Source of the DNA: Vicugna vicugna
Lineage: Eukaryota
Direction of reading: 5' to 3'
Length of the DNA stretch: 64,000 bases
Assembly: GCA_013265495.1 (NCBI GenBank)
Contig: MU058198.1
Coordinates: 3,050,419 to 3,114,418 of the forward strand
Shown here: one piece after another, positions 60,599-64,000 of the stretch
Position numbering within the stretch: position 1 is the first letter of the stretch
Layout of the letters: each line of letters opens with the position of its first letter
Made by a program: the position numbers and the translations under genes
The notes under the pieces: model-generated
The model's database searches: none
Told to the model about the DNA's origin: nothing
What the model saw: only the letters and a program-made list of their open reading frames with translations

Positions 60599-62490
60599 TT
60601 TTTTTTATTGAAGTGCCATCAGTTACAATGTGTCAATTTCTGGTATATAGCAGAATGTCCCAGTCATGCATATATATACATATATTCATTTTCATTAAAG
60701 GTTATTACAAGATATTGAATATAGATCCTGTGCTGTACAGAAGAAATTTGTTTTTTTACCTATTTTTATATATAGTGGTTAATATTTGCAAATCTCAAAC
60801 TTCCAAACTTACCCCTTCCCACACTCTTTCCCTGATAACCATAAAATTGTTTACTATGTCTGTGAGATTTTTTTCTGTTTTGTAGATGAGTTCATAGTGT
60901 CCCCCCCGCCTTTTTTTTTTAAATTCCACATACGAGTGATATCATATGGTATCTTTCTTTCTCTTTCTGGCTTACTTCACTTAGAATGACGTTCTCTAGG
61001 TTCATCCATGTTGCTGCAAATGGTATTATTTTATTCTTTTTTATGGCTGAGTAATATTCTGTTCTGTTCATATGTCACATTTTCTATATCCATAACACAC
61101 ACACCACACACACCCACAACTTCTTTATCCAGTCATCTCTTGATGGACATTTAGGTTGCTTTCATGTCTTGGCTATTGTAAATAGTGCTGCTATGAACAT
61201 TGAGGTGCATGTGTCTTTTTGAGTTAGAGTTCCCTGCAGATATATACCCAGAAGTGAGATTGCTGGATTACATGGCAAGTCTATTTTTGTTTTTTGAGGA
61301 ATCTCCATACTGTTTTCCATAATGGCTGCCCCAAACTACGTTCCCACCAGCAGTGTAGGAGGGTGCCCTTTCCTCCACACCTTCTCCAGCATTTATCGTT
61401 CATGGACTTTTGAATGATGGCCATTCTGACTGGTGTGAGGTGATACCTCATTATAGTTTTGATTTGCATTTCTCTGATAATTAGTGATATTGAGCATTTT
61501 TTCATGTGCCTATTGGCCATTTCTATGTCTTCATCGGAGAATTGCTTGTTTAGGCCTTCTGCCCATTTTTGGATTGGATTGTTTATTTTTTGTCATTAAG
61601 TTGTATGAACTGTTTATATATTCTGTCCGTTGCATCATTTGCAAATATTTTCTCCCATTCCATAGACTGTCATTTTGTTTTGCTTATGGTTTCCTTTGCA
61701 GTGCAAACGTTTATAAGTTTAATTAGGTCCCATTTGTTTATTTTTGCTCTTATTTCTATTGCCTGGGTAGACTGCCCTAGGAGAACATTGCTAAGATTTA
61801 TGTCAGAGAATGTTTTGCTTATGTTTTCTTCTAGGAGATTTAGCATGTCTTGTCTTATATTTAAGTCTTTAAGCCATTTTGAGTTTCTTTTTGTGTATGG
61901 TGTAAGGGAGTGTTCTGACTTCATTGATTTACATGCTGCTATCCCATTTTCCCAACACCACTTACTGAAGACACTGTCTTTTCTCCATCATATATTCTTG
62001 CCTCTTTTGTTGAAGATTAATTGACCGTAGGTCTGTGGGTTTATTTTTGGACTCTCTATTCTGTTCCATTGATCCATATGTTTGTCTTTATGCCAATACC
62101 ATGTTGTTTTGATTACTGTAGCTCTGTAGTATGGTCTGAAGTCTGGGAGGGTTATGCCTCCAGCTTTGTTCTTTTTCTTCAATATTGCTTTGGCAATACT
62201 GGGTCTTCTGTGATTCCACATAAATTTTAGGATTGTTCTAGTTTTGTGAAAAATGTCCTGGGTAATTTGATGGGCATTGCATTAAATCTGTAGATTGCCT
62301 TGATCAGTATAGTCATTTTAATGATATTGATTCTTCCAATTCAAGAGCATGGAATGTTTTTCTATTTCTTTAAGTCATCTTTAATTTCCTTAATCAATGT
62401 TTTATAGTTCTTCATGTATAAGTCTTTCACCTCCTTGGTCAGATTTATTTGTAAGTATTTTATTTTTTTGGATGCGATTTTAAAAAGGAA
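60599..62490 (-). mobile_element. 5'-truncated L1 (~1.9 kb) with disrupted ORF2 C-terminus and 3' UTR
   Basis: Minus-strand ORFs [56 protein letters not shown] are L1 ORF2; candidate TSD ctaaaacaattc (60552-60563, 62491-62502). Confidence 0.93.
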
Positions 62491-63647
62491 CTAAAACAAT
62501 TCTTGTTAAGAAAATAATACAAGAAAATAAATCTATTCTGGAGATGAAAACTGTATGTATTGAGTTTTAAAAGACCACAGAGGCAGTTAGCAGAAGATTG
62601 AAGGTTGCATCAAATCAAGTCAGTGAATCATAAGGATAGGTTAAAAGGTTCTGTAACTCAGAGAGAAAGAATGAGAGGGGGAAAAAAGATAAGCAGATTG
62701 GAGAAGATATTCAAGGAATAAATGTGCATGCAATTGGATCCTCAGAAAAACAGAACAGAGAAGAAAGATTCAAAGGAAGAACAGAAGAAATTCTCACTGA
62801 ACAGAGGAAATATTTGAATTCACGAAGTAAGACAATTCCTTGATCAACTGGCAAAAATTAAAATAAAAATCTCCAAAATATGTATATAGCCTAGTAAAAC
62901 TTTTTAAAATGTCAAACATACAGAAAAAATCCTACAAGAACCCAGGCCAAAAAAAAAGAAAAACAGAACTAGATTATGTACAAGTTGGGTTACCAGCAGA
63001 TTTCTAAGATTGAGACATCGTAGTAATGCTAGAAAAATGTGTATGATTTTTGTTGGAAAAGATTATGATCCATTTACAGGCAAGTGAAAGAGGAAAAAAA
63101 ATCTAGCATGCAGGAGTTCAGAAAAGATACCACCCATGTATGTTTCCAAAGAAAAATTCATAAAGAATTTCTTTAGCCTATGAAATAATTCTAAATAAAG
63201 ATCCCAGGGACAGAAATGGTAAGAAATAAAAACCCTAGTAAAAGAAGAGGTAAGCAATCTGAATGTAAACATCTCAGATCATTTTGATAATACCAATAAT
63301 AATTCTAAAGCTTTGTTAATTATCTATTGCCACATAACAATTACTCCAAAACTAGTGGTTTGGTAGCATTTGAATGGGTAGACGAGTAAAGCAGATTGGC
63401 CTTCCCAATGTGGGTGGGCCTCATCTAATCTGGTGAGAGCCTGAATAGGAAAAAAAAAGGTGGAGAAAAGGAGAATTCGATATATTCACTAAGAGTGTTG
63501 TGGTGGCAAAGAACAGAAACCCAATTAAAGCCAGCATAAGCTAAAAGGAGAATTAATTGTTTTACATAACTGAAAGATCCAGAGATAATTATGCAGGCTT
63601 CAGGCATGTCTTGATCCAGGGACTTAAATGATCTCACCCAGACTGTA

Positions 63648-63682
<35 letters not shown>

Positions 63683-63703
63683 TTCATTTTTTCTCTCTCT
63701 CTC
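63648..63703. repeat. (CT)n microsatellite within an MLT1-like LTR
   Basis: Seen directly. Confidence 0.85.
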
Positions 63704-64000
63704 AATTCTTCAGAAAGGCTCTCTCAATTCTGGTGGACAAAATGGGCTGAAGCAGCCCAAGATTCATATCCTAAAAGCTTAGCAACCCCAGGAGAAAGAT
63801 ACACTCTCTAGTACCCAAGTGCTGGGGAGAATTCTGATTGGCCTAAGTTGTGTCATATATCCATCCCTGAAGCAATTGCCATAGTCAGGGTGGTAGGGAT
63901 CTCTGATTGGCCAGGCCTATGTGTATAACGCATCATTTTAAACTAAGTAAAGGATATCAAATCATACACAAGCTAGTTTTAAAATATATCCACAAATTCT

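Noticed and set aside
61281..62221. L1 ORF2 ORFs as an active gene
   Set aside because: Fragmented by stops and frameshifts and 5'-truncated; no endonuclease or RT core.
45400..64000. Exons of the neighbouring paralogue SCNN1B
   Set aside because: No ENaC-like coding sequence or second CpG island seen; it presumably lies beyond the window.

Overview
Mammalian genomic DNA, most likely camelid (inferred from nine copies of a short, young tRNA-derived SINE). It carries one complete protein-coding gene on the + strand: SCNN1G, the gamma subunit of the epithelial sodium channel (ENaC). I reconstructed a CpG-island promoter with three GC boxes, a non-coding exon 1 (~19461-19571) and 12 coding exons (23018-44014) with canonical GT-AG junctions. 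They splice into an intact 1971-nt ORF (656 aa) with the HG motif, furin RKRR and distal RKRK cleavage sites, GLWMSCS filter and PPPKY motif. The rest is mostly L1, L2, MIR, MaLR/ERVL/ERV1 LTRs, DNA-transposon fossils and microsatellites. I see no novel multi-gene system. The best leads are: a 137-bp inverted, TSD-less copy of nearby DNA patched into an old L1; a near-perfect 459/458-bp tandem duplication in intron 7; a probable poly(A) signal inside a MER58 transposon; a spliced uORF overlapping the start codon; a DR5/MEIS/PBX-HOX/MEF2 motif cluster in intron 6; and two candidate gained N-glycosylation sequons. Repeat family names and orthologue comparisons are from memory, not from searches.
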